Below the pieces are notes generated by a model. The model had not been told where the DNA came from. It saw only the letters and a program-made list of their open reading frames with translations, and made no database searches. A DNA stretch of 64,000 bases, from positions 448,001-512,000 of the forward strand of contig CAWEPZ010000011.1 of NCBI GenBank assembly GCA_963811105.1, given 5' to 3'. The DNA comes from Candidatus Bathyarchaeota archaeon. GTDB taxonomy: Archaea; Thermoproteota; Bathyarchaeia; Bathyarchaeales; Bathycorpusculaceae. Below, one piece after another: positions 61,645-64,000 of the stretch (position 1 is its first letter; every line of letters starts with the position of its first letter). The position numbers and the translations under genes were made by a program.

Positions 61645-62280
61645 ATGAAATCAAAAAAGCCGACACTGGAGGATCAGCTTTCTGTTCTTTCAGCTCAGCA
61701 TAACATTTACCCTACAGAATTGTTCCATGCTCTAGTTCAATCAAAAGAGCAAGGTAAATCAATGATGTGTGAAGACATAACTGTTGAATACCGTGGAAGT
61801 GTAAACAAACAAGCTATTTTCCTCATAACCAAGGCTAGTAAAGTAGTAGCCCAATTCCGAGTTCCTGAAGAAACGCTTTTGCAAAAGGACATTTCATTTG
61901 AAAGTGCGATGGATACGAACAGAGTTCGTAAAGAGATAGCAAAACAGCATCCAGCTCCGGCTCATTCAAAGATTGAGGATTTACATGTAGGTATGAAAAA
62001 AGTGAATATAATTGCACAAGTCTTGGAAACTTCTGAGCCGTCAAAGGTTCATACTCAATTTAGAGATAACGCACTTGTAACTAACGCATGGATTGGAGAT
62101 GAGACAGGAAAAATTATGCTTTGTCTTTGGGACCAACAAGTAAATGCAGTAGCATTAGGCGACTCGATAGAAGTGAAGAATGCCCACGTGGCTACATTTA
62201 AAGGTGAAAAGCAACTGCGACTTGGGAAGAATGGGTCAGTAATAGTGCTAGAGAAACCCTTACAAACTGAGACGGCATAA
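61645..62280 (+). CDS. OB-fold ssDNA-binding (SSB/RPA-like) protein with ~105-aa N-terminal extension
   Basis: KIEDL..GMKKVNI, GDETGKI.L.LW, GD.IEVKNA, FKGEKQL. Confidence 0.85.
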   Translation: MKSKKPTLEDQLSVLSAQHNIYPTELFHALVQSKEQGKSMMCEDITVEYRGSVNKQAIFLITKASKVVAQFRVPEETLLQKDISFESAMDTNRVRKEIAKQHPAPAHSKIEDLHVGMKKVNIIAQVLETSEPSKVHTQFRDNALVTNAWIGDETGKIMLCLWDQQVNAVALGDSIEVKNAHVATFKGEKQLRLGKNGSVIVLEKPLQTETA

Positions 62281-62302
62281 ACCATATTTTTCTGTTGAAA
62301 AA

Positions 62303-62824
62303 TTAACTTTGTTGTTGGGGGATCTCCCAATAACTAATTATATCGCCTTTTACCCATTTGCCACCTAAACTTCGGACAACTTCATTAATGTCATCCCACT
62401 CAGCCTTCAAAAACTGAATCGGCTTAACCACAATACAATCACCTTTAACATTAAAGCTAAGGACTTTGCGTTGTTCAGGGCTGAATTCATTTTCCATTTT
62501 GAGTGCAGTTTTACTTAGTTGAAGTGATTTAGTACTTACAGTTTTGGTTTCAGGTCTGGGTTCAATTTTGGTGGCTACGGGTTTTGAGATAGCTTTGGGC
62601 TGAATGGCAGTTTTTAGGTTGAATTCTGGAATTGGATATTCGGCGGTGTCTTCGAAACTATTGCTTCTAACTATTGCAAGAACTTGTTTGGAGAATAAGT
62701 CAAGCTTTAAATCTAATAATTCGGCGTCAATAGGTAGGTTTGAACTAAGAGTTGTTTTGCCTTGCAGAAGTTCAATGATAAATTCAGGGGTTAATTTTAT
62801 AAGCCTTATTTTCATATGCAGCAC
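62303..62824 (-). CDS. Hypothetical protein
   Basis: Two globular parts with a P/K/T linker; C-terminal W..INEVVRSLGGKWV...SYW. Confidence 0.7.
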   Translation of the reverse strand: MLHMKIRLIKLTPEFIIELLQGKTTLSSNLPIDAELLDLKLDLFSKQVLAIVRSNSFEDTAEYPIPEFNLKTAIQPKAISKPVATKIEPRPETKTVSTKSLQLSKTALKMENEFSPEQRKVLSFNVKGDCIVVKPIQFLKAEWDDINEVVRSLGGKWVKGDIISYWEIPQQQS

Positions 62825-62892
62825 TCAAACCGCTTCTAAGGTGATAAATAACTTAAAAGCCTTGCTTATCCGCAAAAGGAAAAGCGGATTTT

Positions 62893-63495
62893 TTACTGTT
62901 GCTTTAAATGGGCCTTGGCTCGAAGATTTCTCCATTCCGAAAAGTTGCCAAAGTACATGCCCCAGCTTCTTAGTTTCGGAGACACTGCCCTAATCAAAGC
63001 TGGACAAGCAATAATAACTATAGGTAAATTGAGAAAAAACGTGGGTAACAAGAAAGCCAAAGCGGTTTCTGTGGGAAACAGACTTACTGCTACGAACTCC
63101 CAGAGAATGAAAGCTGTACCGAGGAACAAGGTTAGCGCGTAAATGCTTGATAACATGAGGAGGCCCTTTTTTGTCTTAGCTTCAGCGGCTAACTCTGGGA
63201 TGAGTAACCAGTTTAAGCCGTATATGACAAAAGCAGTCGTTATTTCTACCCATGCGAGATAGAGAGGTAAGCCTTCCACGTAAACTCCGCCGATTAGGGC
63301 GCCTATCATGCTGCCGGCTAATCCGCTCCATCCGAACCAAAGCGGGAAGACGCCCAGAAGGATTATTGGCAGGTAGAGAAGAGTGAAGTTTGGAACTCCT
63401 ATCATGTATGATAACATGAAGAAAATGCCGTAAAGTGCTGCTGTAATAGCCATTATTGATGCATGTTTCGCTTTACTTTGTTTTTGCATTAGCAT
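62893..63495 (-). CDS. ECF S-component/QueT-like membrane protein
   Basis: AITAALY, P.WFG..G..G..IG, 5-6 TMs. Confidence 0.7.
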   Translation of the reverse strand: MLMQKQSKAKHASIMAITAALYGIFFMLSYMIGVPNFTLLYLPIILLGVFPLWFGWSGLAGSMIGALIGGVYVEGLPLYLAWVEITTAFVIYGLNWLLIPELAAEAKTKKGLLMLSSIYALTLFLGTAFILWEFVAVSLFPTETALAFLLPTFFLNLPIVIIACPALIRAVSPKLRSWGMYFGNFSEWRNLRAKAHLKQQ

Positions 63496-63709
63496 TCAGG
63501 ATTCAATTCCTTTAGTTTGGCATCTGAACGCTACAAAGCAACGATTGAATAAAAGCATTTTTGTCCGTATTACATTTGTAATACAATTAATTGAAAACTT
63601 GAACGCCTTATACGCAAATGTCATTATGATTAACGAGCTGCATTAACCAAAATATTAAATGTTTCAGCATTATTGACGTATTAGACTCTGACAGCAGAGT
63701 CCGATACCT

Positions 63710-64000
63710 ATGATTAACAAGCTAAACCTTACCAAGATTGCGTTGATAATAGCGGTTGGAGTCCTCATCGTTTTAAACTTGTACACATTTATTGTTGCTT
63801 ATCCTGAAACTCACGCAATCGACTCTGGCATTAACACTTCGGGCACCATATTGGCGAAAGACTTCTCAGCTTACTACATGGGTGCATGGAGACTCTGGAA
63901 TAACCCTGCACATATTTACAATTTCGGTGCCTTAGGCGGCAAAGAACCAATCATCCTCCCCTATCCTGAGGAATATAAATACCTACCATCTTTCTTACTG
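63710..64000 (+). CDS. GT87/DUF2029-like membrane glycosyltransferase, 5' part (runs off window)
   Basis: Manual translation: TM followed by KDFSAYYMGAW...IY...YKYLPSF. Confidence 0.75.
   Translation, partial: MINKLNLTKIALIIAVGVLIVLNLYTFIVAYPETHAIDSGINTSGTILAKDFSAYYMGAWRLWNNPAHIYNFGALGGKEPIILPYPEEYKYLPSFLL

Noticed and set aside
487-63142. Numerous 60-130 aa ORFs antisense to or nested in long genes
   Set aside because: Shadow ORFs fully overlapping well-supported CDSs
1-64000. CRISPR array, tRNA or rRNA
   Set aside because: No regularly spaced repeats, cloverleaf/T-loop signature or rRNA-like GC-rich tract seen by eye

Overview
AT-rich archaeal DNA, most likely Bathyarchaeia. This is inferred from frequent TTG/GTG starts and lineage-typical small proteins, not from a marker gene. 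About 55 kb (1-55.5 kb) is a mostly minus-strand surface-glycan locus. It holds dTDP-sugar genes, two Wzx-type flippases (one frameshifted), wecB, a complete pseudaminic-acid-type pathway (pseB, pseC, SpsF/PseF-like, PseG-GNAT fusion, pseI), two N-acetyl-sugar amidotransferases, several methyltransferases, many GT2/GT4 enzymes and several large GT-C-like membrane proteins. Inside it are a decayed mobile patch (3.2-4.9 kb, IS110 remnant) and a mostly plus-strand island (7.9-16.8 kb) of four exported beta-helix proteins. One of these is built like a viral tail fibre/tailspike, and two are mosaic paralogues. The right end carries the most notable system: a translationally coupled, bacterial-type NHEJ operon (LigD polymerase, Ku, ligase fused to a C-terminal 3'-phosphoesterase). 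It is extended by a DUF72 gene and an MBL hydrolase and lies divergent from an OB-fold SSB-like gene. Several genes appear to need ATT/ATC start codons. No rRNA, tRNA or CRISPR array was seen. All calls come from reading motifs by eye; no database searches were run.
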